Shown piece after piece: positions 51,676-62,252 of a stretch of 64,000 nucleotides of DNA (positions are counted from its first letter, which is position 1; the number at the start of each line of letters is the position of its first letter). The notes beneath the pieces were generated by a model, which was given only the letters and a program-made list of their open reading frames with translations, did not search any database and was not told where the DNA came from. Source of the DNA: Escherichia coli (GTDB lineage: Bacteria; Pseudomonadota; Gammaproteobacteria; Enterobacterales; Enterobacteriaceae); NCBI RefSeq assembly GCF_003334255.1, contig NZ_QOWU01000008.1; one strand, written 5' to 3'. Position numbers and translations under genes: made by a program.

Positions 51676-51743
51676 GATTCATCCACTACTTGCATGGATG
51701 AGTAATGATTAATGTGGATAGAGTTTCTTTTTGAGGCTGGCTA

Positions 51744-52073
51744 ATGAAACGCTTTCCGCTATTTCTTTTATTCACCCTGCTCACGCTGTCCACCGTTCCG
51801 GCCCAGGCCGATATTATCGACGACACCATTGGCAATATTCAGCAGGCGATTAATGACGCTTATAACCCTGACCGTGGGCGAGACTATGAAGATTCGCGCG
51901 ACGACGGCTGGCAGCGTGAAGTGAGCGACGATCGGCGCAGGCAATATGACGACCGCCGCCGCCAGTTTGAAGATCGCCGCAGGCAGCTGGACGATCGCCA
52001 GCGCCAGCTTGATCAGGAGCGTCGGCAACTGGAGGATGAAGAGCGGAGAATGGAAGATGAGTATGGGCGATGA
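51744..52073 (+). CDS. yjdP: small secreted protein with charged DDRRRQ-type repeats (109 aa)
   Basis: Signal peptide MKRFPLFLLFTLLTLSTVPAQA then repeats (DDRRRQYDDRRRQFEDRRRQLDDRQRQLDQERRQLEDEERR). Confidence 0.6.
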   Translation: MKRFPLFLLFTLLTLSTVPAQADIIDDTIGNIQQAINDAYNPDRGRDYEDSRDDGWQREVSDDRRRQYDDRRRQFEDRRRQLDDRQRQLDQERRQLEDEERRMEDEYGR

Positions 52074-52094
52074 GGTTGGGTATGGAGCAGGCAT

Positions 52095-52197
52095 CGCCCC
52101 TCACCCCAATGGGGAGAGGGAGAAAACGAGCGCAATATTCAATATCGAGCACAATCGGTCCCCCCGCCCCTCTGGGGAGAGGGTTAGGGTGAGGGGG
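52095..52197. repeat. GC-rich inverted-repeat intergenic element (CCCCTCACCCC / GGGGAGAGGG / GGGTGAGGGGG)
   Basis: Two copies of GGGGAGAGGG flanked by complementary CCCTCACCCC and GGGTGAGGGG arms between yjdP and phnP; resembles a box-C-type enterobacterial repeat, family not verified. Confidence 0.5.
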
Positions 52198-52219
52198 CCA
52201 GCGCGCACATTCCCTCTCA

Positions 52220-52978
52220 TCACGCCACCCCAATCTCCATCCCATCAAACCCCACCTCAAACCCTGACGGTAGTGCGTTTTCCATCAGCCACGCATCAAA
52301 CTGGTGGCTGATATGGGTCAGAATCACCCGTGGCGAGCGGATAACCTGATTCAGCGCAAGCACGGTATTTAAATCACAGTGATTACGCGGTGCATCCGCG
52401 CGCGGCGGGTGACTGCAATCCATCACCATTACCTGCGGCTGATTATTGCGTAAAAATTTCAGCGTTTTTTCCGGCAAGCCTGCGGTGTCAGACAGCCACG
52501 CCACCCGGCTGTGTGCCGTTTCCAGCAGATAACCGAAGGTCAGTTTTGAGTGGTTGAGCGGCAGGGGCGTGACCTGTAACCCCTGCAAATCAAACACCAC
52601 AAACGGTTCCACCGTGTGGCTGAAATCAAGCAGGCCCGGATGTTTAAACAGATCGTCGCAGCCCTGTTCATCCGGCGGGCCGTAAACCGGGATCGGATCG
52701 CCAACGCCCCAGCGCAGCGGAAACAGCCCCTGGACGTGATCCATATGATAATGCGTCAGCAAAAACTGCTGGAACGATCCGGGCGACCAGCGATCGGCGA
52801 GATCGTGCAGCCCGGCGTCGATCAGGGTGATTGCGTCGTTAAACTTCACTACGCCGCTGCACGGTTGGCGGCGATACTGCGGCGAGCGCCGCGCTCTGGC
52901 GCAGGCCGCACACTCGCAGCCCCATGCCGGAACGCCCTGTGCGCCGCCGGTGCCGGTGAGCGTGAGGGTCAGGCTCAT
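52220..52978 (-). CDS. phnP: phosphoribosyl 1,2-cyclic phosphate phosphodiesterase, MBL fold (252 aa)
   Basis: Metallo-beta-lactamase motif HYHMDH; last gene of the phn operon. Confidence 0.9.
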
Positions 52979-52979
52979 G

Positions 52980-53414
52980 TTACAGCGCCTTGGTGAAGCG
53001 GAAGTGGCTCTGCTCGTAGCCTTCGCGCAGATAGAAACGGTGCGCGTCGTGGCGCTTCACGTTGGTCGAAAGTTCGGTCATTTCGGCCCCGGCCTGGCGG
53101 GCTTCTTCTTCTGCCCACGCCAGTAACTTACTGCCGACGTTCAGACCGCGCGCCTGCGGCATTACCACCAACTCCTGAATTTCGCCGATCCAGTTGACAT
53201 GATGCAGATGAAACTGCAAATGCAGGCCGATCATGCCGACAACTTCGCCATCAAGCAGCGCCAGATGGTAGCGCATGTTTGGGTCGCGCAGATTGGCGTT
53301 AAAACCCACGCGAAACGCGTGGTGGTCAAACTCCGCCTGTTTTAGCTCACAAATCAGCGCGTAAACCGCGTCGGTGTCGTACTGCGTGGCCGGGCGAAGC
53401 TCACAAGCAGGCAT
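52980..53414 (-). CDS. phnO: aminoalkylphosphonate N-acetyltransferase, GNAT (144 aa)
   Basis: GNAT acetyl-CoA-binding motif region ([22 protein letters not shown]). Confidence 0.88.
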
Positions 53415-53958
53415 GGTGTTTCTCCTTCTGATGGATCAGCGTCAGCAGCGTGTCGACCGACTGGCGCAGGCTGCCGTCATTGTTGAGCGTATGGCAATCC
53501 TGTGGAGTATAGCGGGCGGCGCGCGCCAGGCGGGCGTTAATTTCACTGGCGTTTTCACGGCCACGGTTTTCCAGGCGCTGGCGGAGGATCTCCGGCGAAA
53601 CCTGTAAACAGACGGGCAGCAGCGCCGATTGATAGCGCGCCCGCGCCTGCGGCAGATGGGCGCGTGAGCCGTTGACCAGCACGTCGAATCCGGCGTGCAG
53701 CCAGAGATCAATCTCGACGCCGACGCCATAATACAGACCGTTAGCGTGCCAGCTTAAGGCCAACAGATTTTGCCCCGCGCGGGTAAAAAACTCCTGCTCG
53801 CTCAGGGCGATATGGTTTTCACTTCCGGCGCTGGCATCGCGCGTGATGTAGCGATGCGCCACCAGTAACTGAGTTTGTTCCCGCAGGCGGAGTTCCGCCA
53901 GCAGGCTGTCTTTCCCGGAGCCGGACGGCCCCATTAACCAAATCAGTTTTCCCATCAT
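53401..53958 (-). CDS. phnN: ribose 1,5-bisphosphate phosphokinase (185 aa)
   Basis: P-loop [10 protein letters not shown]; guanylate-kinase-like. Confidence 0.9.
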
Positions 53959-55094
53959 CAGAACACCCTTTTACCCTGACGCCAGACGTGGTCGATATGA
54001 ATATGATTGTCCTTGCGATGCGCCAGCACCAGGTCGGCGCGTTTGCCCTCGCCAATCACCCCGCGATCCTGGAGATTAAGCGCCTGCGCTGGATTTTTAG
54101 TCACCAGCTTCACCGCCTGCGGCAGCGTAAAGCGGTTGCTCTGGTCATCGGCGACGCGAAATGCCGCATCGAGCAGGCTGGCGGGGTAGTAGTCGGAAGA
54201 GAGGATATCCAGCAGGCCAAGCTGCGCCAGTTCACTGGCCGCCACGTTGCCGGAGTGCGAGCCGCCGCGCACAATATTCGGCGCGCCCATCAGCACGTTC
54301 ATGCCATGCTTGCGCGAGGCTTCCGCCGCTTCGAACGTGGTGGGAAATTCGGCGATCACGCTGCCAAGCTGGTGAGATTCAGCAACGTGGGCGTGGGTGG
54401 CGTCATCGTGGCTGGCAAGCGCAATTTTTCGCGCGCGGCACAGGGCGGCGATGGATTCGCGATTCGGCTGCGACCAGCGTGCGGCGAGCGCCAGTTGCTC
54501 TTCTTCGTACTGCTGCATCTGCGCATCAGTGAGGGAGTATTTGCCCTGATAATATTCGCGATACTTCTCGCGGTTGGCGAACTGGCGCTGGCCCGGCGAG
54601 TGGTCCATCAGCGACACCAGCGTCACCGGCTCGCGCTGCACCAGTTTTTCAAACAGCGGCAGCGTGGTGTGATGCGGCAGTTCGCAGCGCAGATGCAGAC
54701 GGTGCTCGGCGCGGTTGACGCCGCGTTTCTGCGTCTCTTCGATGGCGTTGATCATCTTCTCCAGATTCTCCAGCCGATCGCCGCCGTCGCGCACGTCGCC
54801 AATTGCCACGGCATCCAGTACGGTGGTGATGCCGCTCGCCACCATCAGCGCGTCGTGGCTGCTCATCGCCGAGTGGGCAGGCCAGTCAACTTTCGGGCGC
54901 GGGGTGAAGAATTTATCCAGATTATCGGTATGCAGCTCAATCAGCCCCGGCAGCAGCCAGCCGCCTTCGCCGTCCATCGCCTCCGGCAGGCGGCTCTGGC
55001 TTTCGGCAAAGGCGCGGATTTCGCCGTTCTGCACCTCCAGCGAACCGCTTACCACCTCGTTTTCCAGCACCAGCTTAACGTTATTGATAATCAT
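53958..55094 (-). CDS. phnM: amidohydrolase-family triphosphate hydrolase (378 aa)
   Basis: Amidohydrolase metal-binding HTD motif ([11 protein letters not shown]). Confidence 0.9.
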   Translation of the reverse strand: MIINNVKLVLENEVVSGSLEVQNGEIRAFAESQSRLPEAMDGEGGWLLPGLIELHTDNLDKFFTPRPKVDWPAHSAMSSHDALMVASGITTVLDAVAIGDVRDGGDRLENLEKMINAIEETQKRGVNRAEHRLHLRCELPHHTTLPLFEKLVQREPVTLVSLMDHSPGQRQFANREKYREYYQGKYSLTDAQMQQYEEEQLALAARWSQPNRESIAALCRARKIALASHDDATHAHVAESHQLGSVIAEFPTTFEAAEASRKHGMNVLMGAPNIVRGGSHSGNVAASELAQLGLLDILSSDYYPASLLDAAFRVADDQSNRFTLPQAVKLVTKNPAQALNLQDRGVIGEGKRADLVLAHRKDNHIHIDHVWRQGKRVF

Positions 55095-55771
55095 GAAGAG
55101 GCTCCCATTGGGTGCAGGCGGTCGGCGACGTCATTACGTACAGCTTCGTCATGGAAGATGCCTACGATGGCTGCGCCACGGGTTTTGGCTTCGCGAATCA
55201 GTCCCACCACCGCGGCGCTGTTTTTGGCGTCCAGCGAGGCGGTAGGTTCGTCAAGCAGCAGAATGGGGTAGTCGACGATAAAGCCGCGGGCGATGTTGAC
55301 GCGCTGCTGTTCGCCACCGGAAAATGTCGATGGTGCCAGGTGCCACAGGCGTTCCGGCACGTTCAGGCGGGTGAGAAGACGCGCGGCTTTAGCGGCGCAG
55401 GCTTCACGCGGAACGCCGGTATCGAGCAGCGGCTGCATCACCACTTCCAGTGCTGAGATACGCGGGATGACGCGCAGAAACTGGCTCACCCAGCCGACGG
55501 TGGTTTTGCGGATTTCCACCACTTTGCGCGCTGGCGCGGTGACCAGGTCTACCCACTCGTCACCGTGTTTGATCTGGATTTGACCTTCGTCGGGCAGATA
55601 GTTGGCGTACAGCGAGCGTAGCAGAGTTGATTTGCCGCTGCCGGAATGGCCGTGGAGCACCACGCATTCGCCCGCGTTGACGGTGAGCGAGGCGCGATTG
55701 AGGACGGGCAGGCGCACGCCGTTTTGCTGGTGCAGGATGAAGGTTTTACTGACGTTTTGTACGTTAATCAT
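55091..55771 (-). CDS. phnL: C-P lyase complex ATP-binding protein PhnL (226 aa)
   Basis: ORF 55091..55885 trimmed to [11 protein letters not shown]...; Walker [10 protein letters not shown]; the track 5' extension translates the adjacent REP. Confidence 0.9.
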   Translation of the reverse strand: MINVQNVSKTFILHQQNGVRLPVLNRASLTVNAGECVVLHGHSGSGKSTLLRSLYANYLPDEGQIQIKHGDEWVDLVTAPARKVVEIRKTTVGWVSQFLRVIPRISALEVVMQPLLDTGVPREACAAKAARLLTRLNVPERLWHLAPSTFSGGEQQRVNIARGFIVDYPILLLDEPTASLDAKNSAAVVGLIREAKTRGAAIVGIFHDEAVRNDVADRLHPMGASS

Positions 55772-55790
55772 TTTTCGCCTCGTGGTTCGG

Positions 55791-55877
<87 letters not shown>

Positions 55878-55881
55878 CGGC

Positions 55882-56640
55882 TCAATTCTGCAAAACCGAT
55901 GACACCAGCAGCTGTGTATACGGATGATGCGGGTCGTCGAGCACGCGGTCGGTTAACCCACTCTCCACCACTTGCCCCTGCTTCATCACCAGCAAACGGT
56001 CCGCCAGCAGGCGGGCGACGCCTAAATCATGGGTGACAATCACCACCGCGAGGTTCAGCTCCACCACCAGGCCGCGCAGCAGGTCGAGCAGGCGGGCCTG
56101 CACCGACACATCCAGCCCGCCGGTCGGTTCATCCATAAACACCAGCTTCGGATGCGTCACCAGGTTGCGGGCAATCTGCAAACGCTGCTGCATACCGCCG
56201 GAAAAGGTGGTCGGCAGGTCGTCGATCCGGTTGGCGGGAATCTCCACCTCTTCCAGCCACTTCTGCGCGGTGGCACGAATATCGCCGTAATGACGTGCCC
56301 CGGTCGCCATCAGCCGCTCGCCGATATTGCCGCCTGCCGACACCTGGCGGCGCAGGCCGTCGAGTGGATGCTGATGCACCACGCCCCATTCGGTACGCAG
56401 CAGGCGACGGCGGTCGGCCTCGCTCATTGCATACAGCGAACGGTTCTCGTAGTGAATTTCCCCCTGCTGCGGCGTCAGGCGCGCGGAGATCGACTTCAGC
56501 AGCGTGGTCTTCCCGGAGCCGGATTCCCCGACAATGCCCAGCACTTCCCCCGGCCATAAATCAAAAGAGACATCGCTAAAGCCTTTGCCCGGCGCGTAAA
56601 GGTGGGTCAGGTTATTGACCGAAAGTAACGGTTGATTCAT
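55882..56640 (-). CDS. phnK: C-P lyase complex ATP-binding protein PhnK (252 aa)
   Basis: ORF trimmed to [11 protein letters not shown]...; Walker [10 protein letters not shown]. Confidence 0.9.
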   Translation of the reverse strand: MNQPLLSVNNLTHLYAPGKGFSDVSFDLWPGEVLGIVGESGSGKTTLLKSISARLTPQQGEIHYENRSLYAMSEADRRRLLRTEWGVVHQHPLDGLRRQVSAGGNIGERLMATGARHYGDIRATAQKWLEEVEIPANRIDDLPTTFSGGMQQRLQIARNLVTHPKLVFMDEPTGGLDVSVQARLLDLLRGLVVELNLAVVIVTHDLGVARLLADRLLVMKQGQVVESGLTDRVLDDPHHPYTQLLVSSVLQN

Positions 56641-57482
56641 TGGTTTTTTGCCTCGCTCTGTTGGCGGCAATAATCGGTATCGGAGCAGACAAACATGCGG
56701 TTTCCGGCGTCATCCAGCACCACTTCATCAAGATAGCTGTGGGTCGATCCGCAGATGGCGCATGGCTCATCCCACTGCTGAACGGTGAACGGGTGATCGT
56801 CGAAATCGAGACTTTCCACGCGGGTAAACGGCGGCACCGCATAGATGCGCTTCTCGCGCCCCGCGCCGAACAGTTGCAGGGCGGGCATCATGTCCATTTT
56901 TGGGTTATCGAATTTCGGGATCGGCGACGGGTCCATCACGTAGCGCCCATTTACCTTCACCGGATAGGCGTAGGTGGTGGCGATATGACCGAAGCGGGCG
57001 ATATCTTCATACAGTTTCACCTGCATCACGCCGTACTCTTCCAGCGCGTGCATGGTGCGGGTTTCCGTTTCGCGCGGCTCGATAAAGCGCAGCGGCTCGG
57101 GGATTGGCACCTGGAAGATAATTATCTGATCTTCGGTCAGCGGCGTTTCGGGGATGCGGTGACGCGTCTGGATAACCGTCGCATCGTCCGTACGTTCCGT
57201 GGTGTTTACCCCGGTCACGCGCTTGAAGAAGTTGCGAATCGACACGGCGTTGGTGGTGTCATCCGCGCCCTGGTCAATCACCTTCAGCACGTCGCTTTCG
57301 CCAATCACGCTGGCGGTAAGCTGAATGCCGCCGGTTCCCCAGCCGTACGGCATCGGCATCTCGCGCCCGCCAAACGGCACCTGATAACCGGGGATCGCCA
57401 CCGCTTTTAAGATGGCGCGGCGGATCATGCGTTTGGTCTGCTCGTCGAGGTAGGCAAAGTTGTAGCCGCTCAGATTAGCCAT
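56637..57482 (-). CDS. phnJ: alpha-D-ribose 1-methylphosphonate 5-phosphate C-P lyase (281 aa)
   Basis: ORF trimmed to MANLSGYNFAYLDEQTKRMIRR...; C-terminal cysteine cluster CAICGS...C. Confidence 0.92.
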   Translation of the reverse strand: MANLSGYNFAYLDEQTKRMIRRAILKAVAIPGYQVPFGGREMPMPYGWGTGGIQLTASVIGESDVLKVIDQGADDTTNAVSIRNFFKRVTGVNTTERTDDATVIQTRHRIPETPLTEDQIIIFQVPIPEPLRFIEPRETETRTMHALEEYGVMQVKLYEDIARFGHIATTYAYPVKVNGRYVMDPSPIPKFDNPKMDMMPALQLFGAGREKRIYAVPPFTRVESLDFDDHPFTVQQWDEPCAICGSTHSYLDEVVLDDAGNRMFVCSDTDYCRQQSEAKNQ

Positions 57483-58539
57483 GGTTCTGCTCCTGTTGCA
57501 GACGTTTGAGTAGCTCCAGTTCGGCCTGGAAATCGACGTAGTGGGGGAGTTTGAGGTGTGAGACAAAGCCTGCGGCTTCGACGTTGTCGGCATGTGCCAG
57601 CACGAACTCTTCATCCTGCGCCGGGCCTGTCGCGTGCTCGCCGTACTCCGGGGCTTGCAGAGCGCGGTCGACCAGCGCCATCGCCATCGCTTTGCGCTCG
57701 CTCATGCCGAACACCAGCCCGTAGCCGCGCGTGAAGTGCGGCGGCTCACCCGGCGGGTCGATAAAACCGTTAACCATTTCACACTCAGTCATCAGCAGTT
57801 CGCCGACGTTCACCGCAAATCCCAGCTCTTCCGGCACAATCGACACGTCGATATAGCCGCTGCGGATCTCGCCTGCGAACGGGTGATTGCGCCCGTAACC
57901 GCGTTGGGTGGAGTAGGCCAGCGCCAGCAAATAGCCTTCGTCGCCGCGCATCAACTGCTGCAAACGGGAGGAGCGTGAGCAGGGGTAAACCGGCGGCGTG
58001 CGGGTGATGTCATCCGGCTGTGCGCCGCTATCCTCTTCAAACTTCGCCAGCCCCTGACGCGCCAGCAGGCTGAAAACGTGCGGCGACGGCTGCTGTTCGC
58101 TGTCGGCGGTGGTCAGCGTCGGCGCTTCGCCGTTTGCCAGCAGGGTAAAATCGAGCAGGCGATGGGTGTAGTCGTAGGTTGGGCCAAGCAGCTGGCCGCC
58201 GGGAATGTCTTTATAAACGGCGGAGATACGGCGTTCGAGACGCATCCCGGTGGTGTCGAGCGGCTCGCTTACCGCCAGCTTCGCCAACGTGGTGCGGTAG
58301 GCGCGCAGCAGGAAAATCGCTTCAACGTTATCGCCGCTGGCCTGTTTCAGCGCCAGCGCCGCCAGTTCGCGGTCGGCAATGCCGCCTTCGGTCATCACGC
58401 GATCTACCGCGAGGTTAAGCTGCTGTTCAATCTGGGCGACGCTCAGTTCGGGCAAATCGGTATCGCCTCGGCGTCGGCTCTCTTGCAGGGCGTGGGCGGC
58501 GTCGATCGCCTTCTCGCCCCCTTTCACGGCAACGTACAT
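57475..58539 (-). CDS. phnI: C-P lyase core complex subunit PhnI (354 aa)
   Basis: ORF trimmed to [19 protein letters not shown]... Confidence 0.9.
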   Translation of the reverse strand: MYVAVKGGEKAIDAAHALQESRRRGDTDLPELSVAQIEQQLNLAVDRVMTEGGIADRELAALALKQASGDNVEAIFLLRAYRTTLAKLAVSEPLDTTGMRLERRISAVYKDIPGGQLLGPTYDYTHRLLDFTLLANGEAPTLTTADSEQQPSPHVFSLLARQGLAKFEEDSGAQPDDITRTPPVYPCSRSSRLQQLMRGDEGYLLALAYSTQRGYGRNHPFAGEIRSGYIDVSIVPEELGFAVNVGELLMTECEMVNGFIDPPGEPPHFTRGYGLVFGMSERKAMAMALVDRALQAPEYGEHATGPAQDEEFVLAHADNVEAAGFVSHLKLPHYVDFQAELELLKRLQQEQNHG

Positions 58540-59123
58540 CAGCACACCTCCACATGAGTGGTTCGCGGAATAGCCAGCAGGCGCTCGCCACAGGTCAGGA
58601 TCAGGTCGATGCCGAGCGGGAACGGATGCGGGCGCTCGGTGAGTTCGTGCAGAATGCACTCCGGCAGCTGCGGAGCGATCATTCGTTCTTCGGCAATACC
58701 CGCACCAGTAAGGCGCAACATGCGTCCGCCGCTCAGGCTGGCGACCTGTAAAATCAGCGTCGCACCCGCTTCCGGCGCAACGGCGGTGCCGGTGGAAAGG
58801 GCGTTGAGCTGTTCGCTGGAAATCGCCTCATCCGTCACCGCGAAGGTCGCCTGTTCCGGCTGGCTGACCAGCGGCGCGTTGGTATGAAAACGCAGGCTCT
58901 GGTTGACGATATCGTTATTTAATGGGGTAGAAAGCCACACCGGCGTGTCGTTATCGGCCAGCGTCAGCAGCACGCTGGTGGTGGCGATATTCAGCGGTTG
59001 CCAGCCGCGTTTGAGCTGATGCAGGGCGACAATCACGCCCGGCTCGCTCATGGCCTTTAACAGGCGACGAAAACTGTGCTGGGCATCCTGCACGGGAAGC
59101 ATAAAAGCGGTTTCCAGGGTCAT
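58539..59123 (-). CDS. phnH: C-P lyase core complex subunit PhnH (194 aa)
   Basis: Conserved position between phnI and phnG; 1-bp overlap with phnI. Confidence 0.88.
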
Positions 59124-59572
59124 GCGTTGTCTCCGCGAACCATCGTAAAGAAGTCGACCCGGCTGGCGTTCACTTCGGCCTGGCGTGCGGCAATGCGTGC
59201 CATACGGTCAGCGTCCAGCGGGGCAATAAGGGTTTCTGATAAGTTTTGAAAGTGGCGAGATTGCTGCATCAGCGCGTCAATCAGCGCGCAGCGTTCGGCG
59301 TGCTGTTTATCACGCCCCTGCACCCAGCTGTAGCCGAGCGTGCCGTCAGTCAGGCGCACGGCGGCGCGGGTCAGCGTGGCGTCGCCGGCAAAAAAACGTT
59401 CGCCGGTGCCGCCCATCCGCGCCTGAATCTGTACCAGGCCAGTTTCAGCGGCGCGGATCACCTCATAGTCGGCGGTGATGTTTAGCGCGTTCAGGCGTGC
59501 TGCCAGTTCAGCCGGTTGGCTGTGCGCCAGCACGGACATCCAGTGCTGGCGGGTCGCGGTATCTGCGTGCAT
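59120..59572 (-). CDS. phnG: C-P lyase core complex subunit PhnG (150 aa)
   Basis: Conserved position between phnH and phnF; 4-bp overlap with phnH. Confidence 0.88.
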
Positions 59573-60298
59573 TCAGTGCTCCATAGTGAATTCAATCATG
59601 TCGGCGCGCGTCAGGCTGACGGAGTACTCCGCCGGGCTGCTTTCACCGTCACGGTGGTTAAGGGTGCGCACGCACAGCAGCGGCGACATATTCGGGATTT
59701 CAAGACGCTGGCACTCTTTGGCCTGGGCGCGGCGGGCGCTGATCCGCGTCTGGCTGCGGCGCAGCGCAATTCCGGTTTGCTCGCGCAGAAAATCGTGCAG
59801 CGAGCCGCTGTCGAAGCGTTGCAGCGTCGGCCAGAGGGTGAGGTCCGCGAAGTAGTGGTCGATTAAACAGAGCGCGACGCCGTTGACACGACGCAGGGTG
59901 CGCAGGTGGATGACGTTCTCCCCCTCGGTAATCCCCAGTGCGTCAGCGACGTGGCCGGACGCGGGGCGCAATACCGAAAGCAGTTTTTCGCTGGTGGGAT
60001 GGCTGCCCTGATCCAGCAGATTCTGGCTAAAACGCGCCTGGGCGTTGAGCGGGTAATCGAACGGGCGCATCAGCACCAGCACGCCGACGCCCTGACGGCG
60101 CTGTACCCAGCCTTTTTCCACCAGTTGGTCGATGGCGCGGCGCAGGGTGTGGCGATTCACCTCAAAGCGCGCTGCCAGTTGCTGCTCGGCGGGAAGATAG
60201 TCGCCGCAGCGGTAGTGTTGACGAAGCTCCTGCTCAAGTTTTGCGGCTATCTCTTGATAGCGTGTTGGGTAGCTGGTCGGATGTGTAGACAAGTGCAT
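59573..60298 (-). CDS. phnF: GntR-family transcriptional regulator of the phn operon (241 aa)
   Basis: ORF trimmed to MHLSTHPTSYPTRYQEIAAKLE...; GntR HTH plus UTRA effector domain. Confidence 0.88.
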   Translation of the reverse strand: MHLSTHPTSYPTRYQEIAAKLEQELRQHYRCGDYLPAEQQLAARFEVNRHTLRRAIDQLVEKGWVQRRQGVGVLVLMRPFDYPLNAQARFSQNLLDQGSHPTSEKLLSVLRPASGHVADALGITEGENVIHLRTLRRVNGVALCLIDHYFADLTLWPTLQRFDSGSLHDFLREQTGIALRRSQTRISARRAQAKECQRLEIPNMSPLLCVRTLNHRDGESSPAEYSVSLTRADMIEFTMEH

Positions 60299-60318
60299 AG
60301 ATATCAATGCCTCGCTTA

Positions 60319-61106
60319 TCAGATAAAGTGCTTACGCAACCGTTGAGAGAGGAAATCCAGCAGGCTGACCGTGACGATGATAAGCACCATCAGGGCGCAG
60401 GTTTGTTGGAACTGGAAACCGCGAATCGCTTCCCACAGGGTGACGCCGATCCCGCCTGCGCCGACCATGCCGACGACGGTCGCCGAGCGGACGTTGGATT
60501 CGAAGCGATAGAGGGAGTAGGAGATCAGCAGTGGCATCACCTGTGGCAGCACGCCGTAGAGGATCTCTTCGAGCTTGTTGGCACCGGTGGCGCGAATGCC
60601 TTCCACCGGGCCGGGTTCAATCGCTTCCACCGCTTCGGAAAGCAGCTTGGAGAGCACGCCGGTGGTGTGGATAAACAGCGCCAGCACGCCAGCACGCCAG
60701 CGAACGGGCCGAGGCCGACGGCGACCACGAACAGCATGGCGAAGACCATTTCGTTAATGGCGCGGCAGGCGTCCATCAGGCGGCGAACGGGCTGGTAAAC
60801 CCACCACGGCACCAGGTTTTCGGCGCTCATCAGGCCAAAGGGGATGGAGAGAACCACCGCCAGCGCGGTGCCCCAGACGGCGATTTGCAGCGTGACGGCC
60901 ATTTCGGTGAGGTAATCCTGCCACTGGCTGAAATCGGGCGGGAAGAAGTCGGCGGCGAACGTCGCCATGTTGCCGCCGTCTTTGATCAGCGTAAGCGGGG
61001 CCATTTCCGCGCCCTGCCACGAGACGACCAACACGGCGAGTACAACGGCCCAGCTCAGAAGCGAGAACCAGCTGCGCTTGGGTGGGGCGATGGTGATGGT
61101 TTGCAT
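60319..61106 (-). pseudogene. phnE: phosphonate ABC transporter permease PhnE, frameshifted by an extra 8-bp tandem repeat unit
   Basis: Two overlapping ORFs (60537..61169 and 60319..60687) in frames offset by 2; three 8-bp units at 60678..60701; removing one unit restores a single frame of about 260 codons. Confidence 0.8.
60678..60701 (-). repeat. 8-bp tandem repeat x3 inside phnE (minus strand GCTGGCGT GCTGGCGT GCTGGCGC)
   Basis: Plus strand GCGCCAGCACGCCAGCACGCCAGC; coincides with the phnE frame break. Confidence 0.9.
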
Positions 61107-61120
61107 GTTTGGCTCCGGTC

Positions 61121-61208
61121 TGTAGGCCGGATAAGGTGCTTGCACCGCATCCGGCATCAACGCCTGCACATTGTCGGATGCGACGCCGGGGCGTCTTATC
61201 CGACCTAC
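61121..61208. repeat. pair of REP elements between phnD and phnE
   Basis: GTAGGCCGGATAAGGTGCTTGCACCGCATCCGGC and GTCGGATGCGACGCCGGGGCGTCTTATCCGACCTAC. Confidence 0.8.
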
Positions 61209-61211
61209 GAT

Positions 61212-62228
61212 TTACTGCACCGCTTTACTCACCGAACTCATCGCGCTTAGCGCGTTGTTCAGGCGGTCCAGGTCATCCAGCTGCGCCTGAATCTCGGTGG
61301 TTTTTGCCAGCTTGTCCTGCTCATTCAGTCCTTTATTGCTTTTCACGCCCTGCATCTCTTTAAACAGCGCGAGCTGGCGAATCGGCACCAGTTGCAGGTC
61401 GCTGGAAGCGCGGAATGGCGCCCAGCCCAGGCGTTCCAGCACCGCTTTTTCTTCCGGCGTTTTGCCGTAGTTCATAAAGAAGTCGTAGATCTTGTCTTTG
61501 GTGGTTTCGGAAAGATTCTTGCGCCAGACGATCGGATCGCCTGGGATCAGCGGCGACTTCCAGATCACCTTCAGTTCTTTCAGCTTCTCTGGCGCGGAGG
61601 TTTTCAGCTTGTCGAGGTTTTCGGTGTTGTTGGTGGCAACATCCACCTGCTTGTTGGCGACGGCCAGCGCGTTGGTTTCATGCCCGGCGTTGACGGTGCG
61701 CTTGAAGTCGCTGGCGGAGATATTGTTTTTGGCGAAGACGTAGTAGCCGGGGACGAGGAAGCCAGAGGTGGAGTTAGGATCGCCATTGCCAAAGGTGAGA
61801 TCTTTCCGCTTCGCCAGCAGATCGTTCAGGTTGTTGATCGGACTGTCTTTGTTGACGATCAACACGCTCCAGTAACCCGGCGATCCATCCGCCGCGACCG
61901 TCTGGGCGAAGACCTGGCCATTGGCGCGATCCACCGCTTCCATCGCCGACAGATTGCCGTACCAGGCGATATCCACTTTATTGAAGCGCATCCCCTGGAT
62001 AATGCCCGCGTAGTCCGGGGCAAAGAAGGCGTTGACCTTCACGCCCAGCTTCTTCTCCATATCCTGCAAGAACGGCGTCCATTGCGGTTTCAGGTTTTGC
62101 TGTGATTCCGTTGAAATAATGCCGAAATTCAACGCCTTTTCCTGCTCTTCGGCGTGCGCCGGGCTTAACAGGGTGCTGAGGCTGAACATGCTGGTGAAGG
62201 CCAGCGAGGCAATTATCTTAGCGTTCAT
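61212..62228 (-). CDS. phnD: periplasmic phosphonate-binding protein (338 aa)
   Basis: Signal peptide MNAKIIASLAFTSMFSLSTLLSPAHA; substrate-binding-protein fold. Confidence 0.92.
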   Translation of the reverse strand: MNAKIIASLAFTSMFSLSTLLSPAHAEEQEKALNFGIISTESQQNLKPQWTPFLQDMEKKLGVKVNAFFAPDYAGIIQGMRFNKVDIAWYGNLSAMEAVDRANGQVFAQTVAADGSPGYWSVLIVNKDSPINNLNDLLAKRKDLTFGNGDPNSTSGFLVPGYYVFAKNNISASDFKRTVNAGHETNALAVANKQVDVATNNTENLDKLKTSAPEKLKELKVIWKSPLIPGDPIVWRKNLSETTKDKIYDFFMNYGKTPEEKAVLERLGWAPFRASSDLQLVPIRQLALFKEMQGVKSNKGLNEQDKLAKTTEIQAQLDDLDRLNNALSAMSSVSKAVQ

Positions 62229-62252
62229 TCGTTTTCCTCAATGATGGGGATG

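Noticed and set aside
53988-55271. 427-aa plus-strand ORF spanning phnM and phnL
   Set aside because: Antisense to phnM/phnL; no start context and a low-complexity Arg/Ala-rich translation.
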